From Spirochaetaceae bacterium (GTDB taxonomy: Bacteria; Spirochaetota; Spirochaetia; DSM-27196; PWMO01), in assembly GCA_046541715.1 (NCBI GenBank), contig JBKHCS010000002.1, positions 28,380 through 92,379 on the forward strand: a stretch of DNA of 64,000 nucleotides. Reading direction: 5' to 3'. Numbering within the stretch: the stretch's first letter is position 1; each line of letters opens with the position of its first letter. This document shows, one piece after another, positions 28,181 through 37,648 of the stretch. Position numbers and translations under genes: made by a program. Below the pieces are notes generated by a model, which saw nothing but the letters and a program-made list of their open reading frames with translations, was not told where the DNA came from and did not search any database.

Positions 28181-28684
28181 GTGGCCGAATGCTACCTGGG
28201 TCTCGGCTCCAACTGGGGCGACCGGCTCGGATACTTGTCTGAAGCCCTTGGCCGCATAGACGCACGCTGGCCTGTTGAGGTGGTCTCTTCGGTCTACGAG
28301 ACGGATCCGCAGATCGTTACCGACCAGGGGGCTTTTTTGAATCTCTGCTGCCGGATCGACGCCGAGGCTCCCCCGGCGTTGGTTCTCCGGGGGGTGAACG
28401 AAATCGAAGCCGCCCTCGGGCGAGACCGGATGCGGGAACGCCCTAAGGGCCCCCGCATGATAGACATCGACCTGCTGCTCTGGGGGACCGACACCCTCAG
28501 TGAGCCCGAGTTGACGATTCCTCACCCGGGGCTTACCGAACGGCAGTTCGTCCTACGTCCCCTCCTGGAGATTGCCCCGGGGCTTCGAGACCCGCGCGAC
28601 GGACGGTCCTTAAGCGCAGTTTCGGCTTTCCTCCCGGGGCAGGGTGTTTACTGCTACGGCAAGGCAGTCGTATACTCTGCCTGA
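28181..28684 (+). CDS. folK: 2-amino-4-hydroxy-6-hydroxymethyldihydropteridine diphosphokinase
   Basis: YLGLGSN, YETDP, IDIDLL and IPHP motifs. Confidence 0.9.
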   Translation: MAECYLGLGSNWGDRLGYLSEALGRIDARWPVEVVSSVYETDPQIVTDQGAFLNLCCRIDAEAPPALVLRGVNEIEAALGRDRMRERPKGPRMIDIDLLLWGTDTLSEPELTIPHPGLTERQFVLRPLLEIAPGLRDPRDGRSLSAVSAFLPGQGVYCYGKAVVYSA

Positions 28685-28692
28685 ACCGACCA

Positions 28693-29427
28693 ATGAGCAG
28701 TGAGGATACCCAAGGACCCGTGGTACGGGTGCCTTCCTTCGAGGGCCCCCTGGACCTCCTCCTCTTTCTAATTAGAAAGAACGAGATTAACATTTACGAC
28801 ATCCCCATCGGAGAGATTACCGAGCAGTACTTGGGCTATATGGCCTACGCCGTGCGGGTCGATCTGGACAATATCACCGACTTTTACGTGATGGCGGCGA
28901 CGCTTCTCTATATCAAGAGCCGGATGCTGCTTCCGATGCAAGACAGCGAGGATGACGATTTCGAGGATCCTCGGAAGGAATTGGTCGAACGGCTGATAGA
29001 ATACCAGCGATTCCGAAAGCTCACCGAGCTCATGGAGGAGCGGCAGGAGGAGGCCCAGTTGGACATTCTCCGGCCCCCCAAGCAGCGGAACCTTCCGTTC
29101 CCGGACACCGAAGACGCCTGGCAGGATCTCGATGCCTGGGCGCTCTTCGAGCACTTTGCCGCGGTCATGTCCAACCTCGGGGCGGAACGGCTCATCGAGC
29201 TCTACGAAGAGGTCTCGATAAACGAGAAGGTCGCGCTTATCGAAGAGTATCTCGAGGAACGGGAGGAGTTCGATTTTAGCGAGCTCATCAAGCGGCAAGA
29301 CTCGATTCTGGAGCTTGTCTGCGCCTTCTTAGCACTCCTCGAGATGACGAAAACCCGGCGTATCTCGATCCGGCAGAACCGGCTCTTCGGTGACATTAGA
29401 ATTAGGCGGACGCAGTATGGCGCTTGA
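28693..29427 (+). CDS. scpA: segregation and condensation protein A
   Basis: FEGPLDLLLFLIRKNEINIYDIPI N-terminal signature. Confidence 0.9.
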   Translation: MSSEDTQGPVVRVPSFEGPLDLLLFLIRKNEINIYDIPIGEITEQYLGYMAYAVRVDLDNITDFYVMAATLLYIKSRMLLPMQDSEDDDFEDPRKELVERLIEYQRFRKLTELMEERQEEAQLDILRPPKQRNLPFPDTEDAWQDLDAWALFEHFAAVMSNLGAERLIELYEEVSINEKVALIEEYLEEREEFDFSELIKRQDSILELVCAFLALLEMTKTRRISIRQNRLFGDIRIRRTQYGA

Positions 29428-29956
29428 GACGGAACAGGCGTTGGTTGAGGCGGTGCTCCTGATGGAGACCGAACCGGTCGACGAGAAGACGATTTCTCGA
29501 ATCACCGGACTCGGGGTGGAAGTCGTCCGCCGGGCGCTTTCGGCTCTGGTCGACCGGTACGCCGCGCCTGAGTGCGGTATAGAGGTTCGCCGCATAGCCG
29601 ACGGGCTCCTCATGGCCCCCAAGGAGGCACTTTCGAACAGCCTCCGGGACCGGTACGGCAAACGGCACGATACCCGTCTCTCGAAGGCCGCCCTCGAGAC
29701 GCTTTCGATCATCGCCTATTCGCAGCCGGTTACCCGGGGAGAGATCGAGAGCCTCCGGGGCGTAGCCGCCGACGGAATGATCCGTCTTCTCCTCGACCGG
29801 GGGCTGATCAAAGAAACGGGTAAGAAGGACGCCCCGGGGCGGCCGACGCAGTACGGTACCTCCCGGGAATTCCTCCGGGCCTTTCGGCTCTCGAGTATCT
29901 CCGAACTGCCGAAGCTCGAAGACGTGGAAGAGGAGCGTTTTGCCCCCGACGAATAG
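29417..29956 (+). CDS. scpB: segregation and condensation protein B
   Basis: The ATG at 29417 overlaps the scpA end. LETLSIIAYSQPVTRGEIESLRGV winged-helix motif. Confidence 0.88.
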   Translation: MALETEQALVEAVLLMETEPVDEKTISRITGLGVEVVRRALSALVDRYAAPECGIEVRRIADGLLMAPKEALSNSLRDRYGKRHDTRLSKAALETLSIIAYSQPVTRGEIESLRGVAADGMIRLLLDRGLIKETGKKDAPGRPTQYGTSREFLRAFRLSSISELPKLEDVEEERFAPDE

Positions 29957-29975
29957 AACCGCCGACGAATACCCG

Positions 29976-30674
29976 ATGCGTCTCCACGTTTACCTCGCCC
30001 GGGCGGGTGTCGCTTCCCGGCGCCGAAGCGAAGCCCTGATTGCGGAAGGGGAGGTCGAGGTTAACGGCGAGATCGTCACGAGCCAGGGCTTTTTGGTTAA
30101 CGAGGGTGACACCGTCCGGTACAGCGGAAGGCGGGTCGAGCCGGCGCAACGGAAAATCCATATTGCACTGAACAAGCCGAAACGCTACCTGTGTAGCAGT
30201 AGCGATCCCGAAAATCGGCCCCTGGCCATCTCCCTGGTGCAGCCCGATTTTCCCGAGCGGCTCTTTACCGTGGGGCGCCTGGACTTTCTCTCGAGCGGCC
30301 TTATTCTGGTAACCAACGACGGCTACTTTTCCAAGCGGGTCATGCATCCCTCGAACCGGGTGGAGAAGGAGTACGTCCTGGAGGCGAAGGTCCCGATTCC
30401 GGAAGAGCTTCTTCAGGAGTACCGGCGAGGTATCTTCGTCGAAGGCGTTCGGTACCTCCTGAAACACTACACCTACAAGAATTCCAGGAGGGTCAACCTC
30501 GTTCTCGAAGAAGGGAAGAACAGGGAGATCCGGCGTGTCTTCGAGACCCGCAAGATAGGAATCAAGCGTTTGCACCGCATCCGTATCGGTAGTGTACATC
30601 TCGGTCCGGTTCCCCCCGGGGGGTATCGTTTTCTGACCGCCGAAGAGGTCGCGTCCCTCGGGGGAGGACGCTAA
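29976..30674 (+). CDS. rluB: RsuA/RluB-family rRNA pseudouridine synthase
   Basis: S4 domain (MRLHVYLARAGVASRR) and catalytic motif GRLDFLSSGLILVTNDG. Confidence 0.85.
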   Translation: MRLHVYLARAGVASRRRSEALIAEGEVEVNGEIVTSQGFLVNEGDTVRYSGRRVEPAQRKIHIALNKPKRYLCSSSDPENRPLAISLVQPDFPERLFTVGRLDFLSSGLILVTNDGYFSKRVMHPSNRVEKEYVLEAKVPIPEELLQEYRRGIFVEGVRYLLKHYTYKNSRRVNLVLEEGKNREIRRVFETRKIGIKRLHRIRIGSVHLGPVPPGGYRFLTAEEVASLGGGR

Positions 30675-31306
30675 TGGTCGTTGCGATCGACGGGCCCGCC
30701 GGGAGCGGAAAGAGCACCATTGCGCGGTGCGTTGCCGATCGGTTGGGCTACTTCTTCGTGAACTCCGGGAACCTCTACCGGGCGGTCTCCTATTACGTTC
30801 TCTCCCGGAAAAGCGATCCGGCCGATACCGGGGAGATTCGCGGTGCCCTGAAGGAGATCGATATCGACTACTCTCCCGACGCCCTGCTGCTTAACGGTAC
30901 GGCGCTCGGTGACGAGCTGCGCACCGGGGAGGTAGACCACTGGGTCTCTAGACACTCCGCGATTCCGGAAGTGCGGCGCCGCGTCAACGATATAATCCGG
31001 CGGAGCGTGGAAGGCCGGAACGCGGTTGTGGAAGGCCGGGACATGACCACGGTTGTCTTTCCCGACGCCGAATACAAGTTCTACCTCGACGCGTCCCTGG
31101 AAACCCGGGCCCGAAGACGTATGGCGGCGGGCACCGAAGGAAGCGTAGAAGAGGTGATGGCAAGGACGGAAGAAAGAGACCGGCAAGACCGGGAAAAGGC
31201 CGTCGGAAGCCTTAGGCGCGACCCCGATTCGACCTATTTGGACACCTCGGACTTGACCATAGAAGATGTTTGTGAGACAGTTATTGCTAGTATCCAAAAA
31301 AATTAA
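30674..31306 (+). CDS. cmk: cytidylate kinase
   Basis: P-loop IDGPAGSGKST. Conserved cmk-rpsA order. Confidence 0.93.
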   Translation: MVVAIDGPAGSGKSTIARCVADRLGYFFVNSGNLYRAVSYYVLSRKSDPADTGEIRGALKEIDIDYSPDALLLNGTALGDELRTGEVDHWVSRHSAIPEVRRRVNDIIRRSVEGRNAVVEGRDMTTVVFPDAEYKFYLDASLETRARRRMAAGTEGSVEEVMARTEERDRQDREKAVGSLRRDPDSTYLDTSDLTIEDVCETVIASIQKN

Positions 31307-31330
31307 CATCATTGGGAGTTTCTTGTAATT

Positions 31331-33043
31331 ATGAGCGATCGAGACGCGTCAGGTCCCGAAACACCTGAACAACAGCTATTACAAGAGGAGCTGCAAGAAG
31401 AGTTCCTCAAGCCACTTGACGACTTGCAGTCAGGGCAACTCGTCGAGGGAACGGTTGTTCAGGTGGGAACCGAATATGCCTTTGTAGACATCGGCTATAA
31501 GTCCGAAGGGCGTATTCGTCTCGACGAATTTGATGAGCCACCAACCATTGGTGACACCGTTAGTGTTGTCCTCTTGAACAAGGAGACCGTCCAGGGCGGA
31601 ATCAACGTTTCCAAGAGAAAGGCCGACGAGCGCGTTTCCTGGAAACTGCTCAAGGACGCCTTTCAAGAGCACAAGCCCGTTGAAGGAACGGTCGCAAAGT
31701 CGATAAAGGGTGGATTCGAAGTTCGTCTTTTTGGGGGCCTGAGGGCCTTCAACCCGATTTCTAAGATGGATGTTCACCGGGTCGAGGATCCGGAGGAATA
31801 CGTCGGCATCAAGAGCAAGTTCCACATCGAGCGACTCTATAGCGATAACAGGGTGAACATCGTCGTCTCCCGCCGAGGATGGCTCGAAGAACAAGTCGAG
31901 AAAAACCGCGAGGAGTTCTTCGCCAATACGGACATCGGCGACGTCGTCGAGGGGACCGTCAAGTCGTTTACCTCCTTCGGCGCCTTTATCGACTTAGGCG
32001 GCTTTGACGGACTTCTGCACCTCAACGACATGAGCTGGGGCCACGCGACCCGTCCCCGGGATTACGTCCAGAAGGGCGAGGTGATCCACCTTCGGGTTAT
32101 CCGGTTGGACACCGAGGAAAAGAAGATCAACCTCTCCTTGCGCCATATGACCGAAGACCCCTGGAACCGTTTCGAAGAGAAGTACGGCGTCGACCAGGTC
32201 GTTACCGGAAAGGTTACCAAGCTTGCCGATTTTGGTGCCTTTATCGAGTTGGAAGAGGGAATCGAAGGGCTTGCCCACATTTCGGAGCTCTCCTGGGTGA
32301 AGCACATCGATCATCCCCGGGAAGTCCTCGACGTCGGTGACGAAGTCGATGTGATGATTCTCGACTACGACGTTACCCAGGGCCGGGTTTCCCTCGGCGT
32401 CAAGCAGGCGCAGCCGAACCCCTGGAGCGAGATCGCCGCGTCGTATCCCGTCGGGATGACGCTCCGGCGCCCGGTAAAGAAGATTACCAACTCCGGTGCC
32501 TTCGTGGAGCTGGAAGAGGGTATAGACGCCTTTATTCACGCCGACGATCTCTCCTGGACCAAACGGCCGAAGAATCCCGGCGCCGTTTTGACCGAAGGCG
32601 AAGAGGTTGACTTTGTCATTACCGCGATCGACCCGGAGACCCATAATATTCGGGGGGGCATCAAGCAGCTCTCGGACGATCCTTGGGTCTCCCTAAAGCG
32701 GGCCTACGCCGAGCGGAATGTCGTAGAGGGTGAAGTTACCAATATTACCGACTTCGGCGTCTTTGTTCGGGTTCAGGGCGGTATCGAGGGGCTCATTCAC
32801 AAGGCGAACCTGGTGGATCCCCGGACCGAATCTTACGAGAAAGCCGTAGAGAAGATAAAGACCGGCGACCGGCTTCAGGCCATCATTACCGAGGTCAACC
32901 CTGGGAAGCAACGGCTGGGGCTATCCGTCCGGGAAGTGGAACGCAAAGAACGGCAGGAAGAGCTGCAGAAGTACATCCACGACGATTCCGAAGAGGGAAC
33001 GCTTACCCTCGGCGAGCTTCTCAAGGAGAAGGAAAAGAACTAG
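31331..33043 (+). CDS. rpsA: 30S ribosomal protein S1
   Basis: Six S1 (OB-fold) repeats of the type G.V..i..fGaFv.l. Confidence 0.95.
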   Translation: MSDRDASGPETPEQQLLQEELQEEFLKPLDDLQSGQLVEGTVVQVGTEYAFVDIGYKSEGRIRLDEFDEPPTIGDTVSVVLLNKETVQGGINVSKRKADERVSWKLLKDAFQEHKPVEGTVAKSIKGGFEVRLFGGLRAFNPISKMDVHRVEDPEEYVGIKSKFHIERLYSDNRVNIVVSRRGWLEEQVEKNREEFFANTDIGDVVEGTVKSFTSFGAFIDLGGFDGLLHLNDMSWGHATRPRDYVQKGEVIHLRVIRLDTEEKKINLSLRHMTEDPWNRFEEKYGVDQVVTGKVTKLADFGAFIELEEGIEGLAHISELSWVKHIDHPREVLDVGDEVDVMILDYDVTQGRVSLGVKQAQPNPWSEIAASYPVGMTLRRPVKKITNSGAFVELEEGIDAFIHADDLSWTKRPKNPGAVLTEGEEVDFVITAIDPETHNIRGGIKQLSDDPWVSLKRAYAERNVVEGEVTNITDFGVFVRVQGGIEGLIHKANLVDPRTESYEKAVEKIKTGDRLQAIITEVNPGKQRLGLSVREVERKERQEELQKYIHDDSEEGTLTLGELLKEKEKN

Positions 33044-33076
33044 GCGCCGTACGGCGCCGAGGCCGCCCGACGAGGC

Positions 33077-34576
33077 ATGTTTACCGCTCCCATAGACGCC
33101 GACAAGTTCGGCGTTTTCATCGAATTAAACAGCTCGATAAACGCGGACTACTCGGATCCGCACCTGTTGCTCGAGCGGATCGTCGACGCGGCTACCCGCC
33201 TTACAAACGCCGAGGCTTCGAGTCTCTTGCTCCTCGACGAAAAGAACCAGCGCCTCTACTTCGAAATTGCTCTTGGACCCCGGGGGCCCGAAGTGGAGCG
33301 TCTTTCGATCAACGTCGATGAAGGGATCGCCGGTTGGGTGTTTTCGAATAACACCGGGGTAATCGTCAACGAACCGGAGGAGGACGAGCGCTTTTACCGG
33401 GAGATCGGCAAGCAGGTTGGCTTCGAAACCCGTAGACTCATGGCGGTTCCGCTGCGCCTCGGGGAGCGGTGTATCGGTGTGATCGAGGTAATCAATAAGG
33501 TCGACGGGAGCGGTTTCGCCGCGGAGGATCTGACCTGGTTGGAGATCTTTGCGAATCAAGCGGCCCTCGCTATCCAACACACCCGCTCCTTGGACCGGGT
33601 CCGGAAGCGTGTCGACAGCCTCGAGGCCCAGGTGGCGGAGAGCCGACCCTTGGTGTATCGCAGTACCGCGATGAGCGAAACCCTTTCGATGGCCACTCGG
33701 ATAGCCGGGACCGACTCGTCGGTACTGATTCTCGGAGAAAGCGGGGTAGGGAAAGAGCTCTTCGCCGAGTTTATTCACGGGCATAGCCTTAGGCGAAAGG
33801 GACCCCTGGTAAGGGTTAACTGCGCCGCCCTACCGGAACAGCTCTTGGAGAGCGAGCTCTTCGGCCACGTCCGGGGGGCTTACACCGACGCCATAAGAGA
33901 CCGCCGGGGACGGTTCGAGCTTGCCGACGGCGGCACGATATTTCTCGACGAGGTCGGAGAGCTACCCCTAGGGGTCCAGGCCAAGATGCTCCGAATCCTT
34001 CAGGAACAGACCTTCGAACGCCTCGGCGCGAGCGAGTCGACCCGGGTAGACGTCCGAATCGTCGCCGCAACCAACAGTAACCTCCGGGAAGCGGTGGAAT
34101 CGGGACGTTTCCGGCGGGACCTCTATTTTCGATTGAACGTGCTCCCCTTGCGGGTCCCCGCCCTCAGAGAGCGTCCCGACGACATCCCTCTTCTCGCCCG
34201 GCACTTTCTCCAACGGCACAATCGGGGAAGGGAGTTGAGTATCGACGGATTCTCCGACGAAGCCACGGAACGACTGCTCACCTACTCTTGGCCTGGGAAT
34301 GTCCGGGAGCTGGAGAACGTTATCGAACGGGCCGTCGTGATCGCCTCGGGTCGTTATATTCAGCGGGAAGACCTTATGCTCAGCGGAGATGGGACCGACG
34401 AAAGAGATCGCTACCGGGGTAAATCGCTAAAGGAAGCAATCACGTTGTTCAAACGAACCCTTATTGAGAACAGTCTTGCACACCATGGCTGGAATCAAAC
34501 GGCAACAGCGCGTACACTGGGCATTCAACGTACGTATTTATCGAGACTCATTAAAGAACTAGGAATAGGCAGGTAA
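33077..34576 (+). CDS. sigma54-dependent transcriptional activator with an N-terminal GAF domain
   Basis: A GAF-like N-terminus (aa ~25-170). AAA+ core with Walker A GESGVGKE, ESELFGH.RGAYTDA and RVDVRIVAATN. C-terminal Fis-type HTH (QTATARTLGIQRTYLSRLI). Confidence 0.9.
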   Translation: MFTAPIDADKFGVFIELNSSINADYSDPHLLLERIVDAATRLTNAEASSLLLLDEKNQRLYFEIALGPRGPEVERLSINVDEGIAGWVFSNNTGVIVNEPEEDERFYREIGKQVGFETRRLMAVPLRLGERCIGVIEVINKVDGSGFAAEDLTWLEIFANQAALAIQHTRSLDRVRKRVDSLEAQVAESRPLVYRSTAMSETLSMATRIAGTDSSVLILGESGVGKELFAEFIHGHSLRRKGPLVRVNCAALPEQLLESELFGHVRGAYTDAIRDRRGRFELADGGTIFLDEVGELPLGVQAKMLRILQEQTFERLGASESTRVDVRIVAATNSNLREAVESGRFRRDLYFRLNVLPLRVPALRERPDDIPLLARHFLQRHNRGRELSIDGFSDEATERLLTYSWPGNVRELENVIERAVVIASGRYIQREDLMLSGDGTDERDRYRGKSLKEAITLFKRTLIENSLAHHGWNQTATARTLGIQRTYLSRLIKELGIGR

Positions 34577-34578
34577 AG

Positions 34579-35277
34579 ATGGCAGGGAAAGAGGACGTTT
34601 CTTTCAGTACGAGGCTGATCGAAGCATTGAGCCGTTATCGAAAACCCCTTATCTGGGGGATGGCAATACTGGTTGTCGCGTTGATTGCGACCTTCGCGTA
34701 TCTGGAAGTTCAGCAGCGTCGCGCCGAAGAGGCGCTTACCCGTGTCGAAGAGGCGGAAGACCTCTATCAATCCTGGGTCGACGCCCTGGAAGACGACGAC
34801 TCCGCGGCAGCCGAAGATATTCGGGTCGAGCTTGAAACCATTACTCAGGAGGTCCTTGCGAAGTATCCTCGGAAGTACGCCGCCAATCGAGCGCGATTTC
34901 TCCAAGGAGAAATCTACCGGCAGTTGGAAGACTGGGTTAGTGCCGGTGAAGCGTACCGGGAGACGGCCGAGACCTTCCCTCGAAGTCACCTTGCTTCGGT
35001 GAGCCTCTACAACGCAGGTGCGGCCTTCGAAGAGGCCGGGGAGCTCGATTCCGCAACCGAGAGCTTCCAGGAGATTGAAGACCGATTCGGGGAGTCACCG
35101 TCGCCCCTCGTACCTCAGGCGGTGTTTTCTCTGGGGCGCATCGCCGAGGAGAACGGCGATTTTGCCGGCGCCGAGGAACACTACCAACGCCTTGTGGAGA
35201 ACCACCCGGGGAGCAGTTGGACAAGCCTCGCTCGGAGCCGTATAATCCTGCTGACCGCCGAGGGGCGTATCAATTAG
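34579..35277 (+). CDS. membrane-anchored TPR (YfgM-like) protein
   Basis: It starts 2 nt after the EBP stop. One N-terminal TM (LIWGMAILVVALIATFAYL), then TPR-like repeats. Confidence 0.6.
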   Translation: MAGKEDVSFSTRLIEALSRYRKPLIWGMAILVVALIATFAYLEVQQRRAEEALTRVEEAEDLYQSWVDALEDDDSAAAEDIRVELETITQEVLAKYPRKYAANRARFLQGEIYRQLEDWVSAGEAYRETAETFPRSHLASVSLYNAGAAFEEAGELDSATESFQEIEDRFGESPSPLVPQAVFSLGRIAEENGDFAGAEEHYQRLVENHPGSSWTSLARSRIILLTAEGRIN

Positions 35278-35294
35278 GCAACAGGAGTAGGGCT

Positions 35295-37619
35295 TTGCGC
35301 TTTCTCCAGACCAAGAGATTTGGCATCGTGTTTGGGCTGCTCGTGGCCGGGATTATCCTGGCCATGGACGCGGGAACGGCGATTATCGACCGTCTCGAGC
35401 TCCGGATGTTGGACACACACTTCAAACTCAAGACGACCTTCCGGGGCCAGGATATCCAGGAAGGCGTTCAACAGGTCGAGCGAAACCCGAATGTCTCGGA
35501 AGACATACTCATCGTCGGTATTGACTTTACGACGTTGAACCAGTTCGGGCAGTGGCCCTTTCCGAGGTACCGACACGCCGACTTGGTAAACTCCTTTGCA
35601 CGGATTACCGACCAGTCTCAGCGCGAGAGGGCCCTCTTTCTCGACATCTTCTTTATAGAGCCTTCCGAAAGAGCCTTCAACGATGCCCTCTTGCGGGAGG
35701 CGATGCTGCAAAACGAGCGTGTCTTTCTCGAGACCATCCTCGAGCAGAGCGCACCTCCCCCGGGAGCCGAGGAAGAGCTCTTTGCCCGGCACGAGCGGCT
35801 GTACGACGCGGCGGGACGCATTACCCGGGTAGAAGGCGAATGGTGGAGCCTGCCCTACCACCTGGGACTCCAGCCCCCGCTCCAGCCTCTCGGTGAGGTC
35901 GTCGGCGGATACGGACACGCAAACTTCTACCAGGATTACGACGAAGTCTACCGGCGGCAAGCTCTGATAGCCCGCTCGAGCGAACTGATAGCCGCGTACC
36001 GCCTCGACGAGCTGGAACCTGGCTTCGATGTCGACGACGGACGCTTCGAGCGCCTTGCCTGGTTCGATCGCGAAGGCCGGGAGCACACGATCCGGACACC
36101 CCTTACCGCCGAATCGCTTGTCGAACTGACCCGGGAAATGGAGGAGCGGGCGCCCGAGCGGATCATCGACAGCGACAACGACGGGCAGCCGGACGACGTC
36201 TTCTACGTGGTCCGGCACTACCAGGACGAATTTATCCCGGCGATCACCCTGGCCCTTGCGGCGGACTACTTTAACACGCCCTTGGAAGAGCTGGAGGTCG
36301 TGATCGGCGAATACATACGAATTCCGTCGCCGGAAATCTTTGAAACCGAAGTAGGGGAGTGGGTCCCTTATCGCGACGAAATCGTCATTCCCATCGATGA
36401 TGAAGGGAATATGTTGATCAACTTTATGGGCGTCCGGTCGAGCGCCGCCCGGGACGGTCACCAGACCTTTCCCGTGCGCCCGTATGCCGGGTACGCCGCG
36501 CGGGTTCCGGGCCCCGACCCGGCGACCTGGCCTCGGACCCGGGCCGTGGACAACAAGATCATCATGGTTGGGGCCTTCGCCCAGGGGATGGCGGAAGACG
36601 AGAAGACTACCCCCTACGGCCTGATGTACGGGGTGGAGATTCACGCCAACGCTCTGAATACCATCCTGATGAACCGGTTTATCGAGTACGCCCCCTACTG
36701 GGTCGACGCTGCGGTGCTGGTGGTGCTCTCGCTCCTGGTCGCCTTTCTGGCTTCCCGGCTGTCTACCATCTACTCATTCTTGGGGACCTTCATACTCCTG
36801 GTGGTCTTTTTCTTCGCGACGACGATGATCTTCGATACTCGCTCCTTTGTGGTCAACTTTACCGCGCCGGCTCTCGGGATGATATTTTCCTACTTGAGCG
36901 TGGTGCTCTATCGGATAATGACCGAAGAACGGGACAAGCGCCGAATCCGGGATATGTTCGGAAAGTACGTTAGCCCCCAGGTCGTCGATCAGATACTCGA
37001 GAACCCCCCGGAGCTCGGGGGTGTCGACAAGGAGCTTACGGTCTTCTTCTCGGATATCCGAGGGTTTACGACGCTCTCCGAGGCGATGACACCCCAGGAG
37101 CTTGTCAACCACCTCAACGTCTACCTTACCTCGATGACCGACATCATCCTGGATTTTCAAGGGACCTTGGACAAGTACGTCGGCGACGAGATTATGTGCT
37201 TTTGGGGAGCGCCGCTTCCCCAGGCGGACCACGCCTACCTTGCGTGTCAGTGCGCCGTTCGGCAAATGGAAGCGCTCAACCAGTTGAACTCTCAGTGGCC
37301 CGAGGACAGGCGGATCAACATTGGTATCGGCGTAAACTCCGGGGTGATGACGGTGGGAAACATGGGCTCCCTCGGCCGAATGAACTACACCCTCATGGGA
37401 GACAATGTGAACCTGGCCGCCCGCCTCGAGGGCACCAACAAGATGTACGCCACCAACATCATCATTAGCGAATACACCTACGGTTTGGTCAAGGACCGGG
37501 TGGTAGCCCGGGAACTGGACAACATCCGGGTCAAGGGTAAGAACCGGCCGGTCCTGATCTACGAGCTCGTCGACGTCATCGACGGGAAGGAAGGGTCGAC
37601 ATCCGCGGCTCCCACCTAA
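35295..37619 (+). CDS. CHASE2-domain class III adenylate/guanylate cyclase
   Basis: AGGAG (35283-35287) then TTG at 35295. N-terminal TM, then CHASE2 motifs (ILIVGIDFTTLNQFGQWPFPR; PYGLMYGVEIHANALNTIL) and a TM bundle. Cyclase catalytic domain (VFFSDIRGFT, YVGDEIMCFWGAP, LMGDNVNLAARLEG). Confidence 0.88.
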   Translation: MRFLQTKRFGIVFGLLVAGIILAMDAGTAIIDRLELRMLDTHFKLKTTFRGQDIQEGVQQVERNPNVSEDILIVGIDFTTLNQFGQWPFPRYRHADLVNSFARITDQSQRERALFLDIFFIEPSERAFNDALLREAMLQNERVFLETILEQSAPPPGAEEELFARHERLYDAAGRITRVEGEWWSLPYHLGLQPPLQPLGEVVGGYGHANFYQDYDEVYRRQALIARSSELIAAYRLDELEPGFDVDDGRFERLAWFDREGREHTIRTPLTAESLVELTREMEERAPERIIDSDNDGQPDDVFYVVRHYQDEFIPAITLALAADYFNTPLEELEVVIGEYIRIPSPEIFETEVGEWVPYRDEIVIPIDDEGNMLINFMGVRSSAARDGHQTFPVRPYAGYAARVPGPDPATWPRTRAVDNKIIMVGAFAQGMAEDEKTTPYGLMYGVEIHANALNTILMNRFIEYAPYWVDAAVLVVLSLLVAFLASRLSTIYSFLGTFILLVVFFFATTMIFDTRSFVVNFTAPALGMIFSYLSVVLYRIMTEERDKRRIRDMFGKYVSPQVVDQILENPPELGGVDKELTVFFSDIRGFTTLSEAMTPQELVNHLNVYLTSMTDIILDFQGTLDKYVGDEIMCFWGAPLPQADHAYLACQCAVRQMEALNQLNSQWPEDRRINIGIGVNSGVMTVGNMGSLGRMNYTLMGDNVNLAARLEGTNKMYATNIIISEYTYGLVKDRVVARELDNIRVKGKNRPVLIYELVDVIDGKEGSTSAAPT

Positions 37620-37648
37620 CGGCGGCGGTTGTCCTCGTTTCGGCGATC

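Noticed and set aside
30671-31312. 213-aa ORF that mirrors cmk almost exactly end to end on the opposite strand
   Set aside because: The coincidence of the ends is striking, but the antisense codons are in register with the cmk codons, which is the usual RNY-type stop avoidance. The product has no motifs. Similar mirror ORFs occur over nusA (2643-3542), the lycopene cyclase gene (209-1339), rluB (29808-30599), recA (26924-27550) and lptF (11665-12642).
33044-33076. GGCGCCGTACGGCGCC palindrome after rpsA considered as a terminator
   Set aside because: The hairpin is plausible but has no T-tract, so I do not call an intrinsic terminator. It may still be an RNA-stability element.
35274-36644. 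456-aa ORF antisense to the CHASE2 cyclase gene
   Set aside because: A high-GC antisense artefact. The sense strand has clear CHASE2 motifs.
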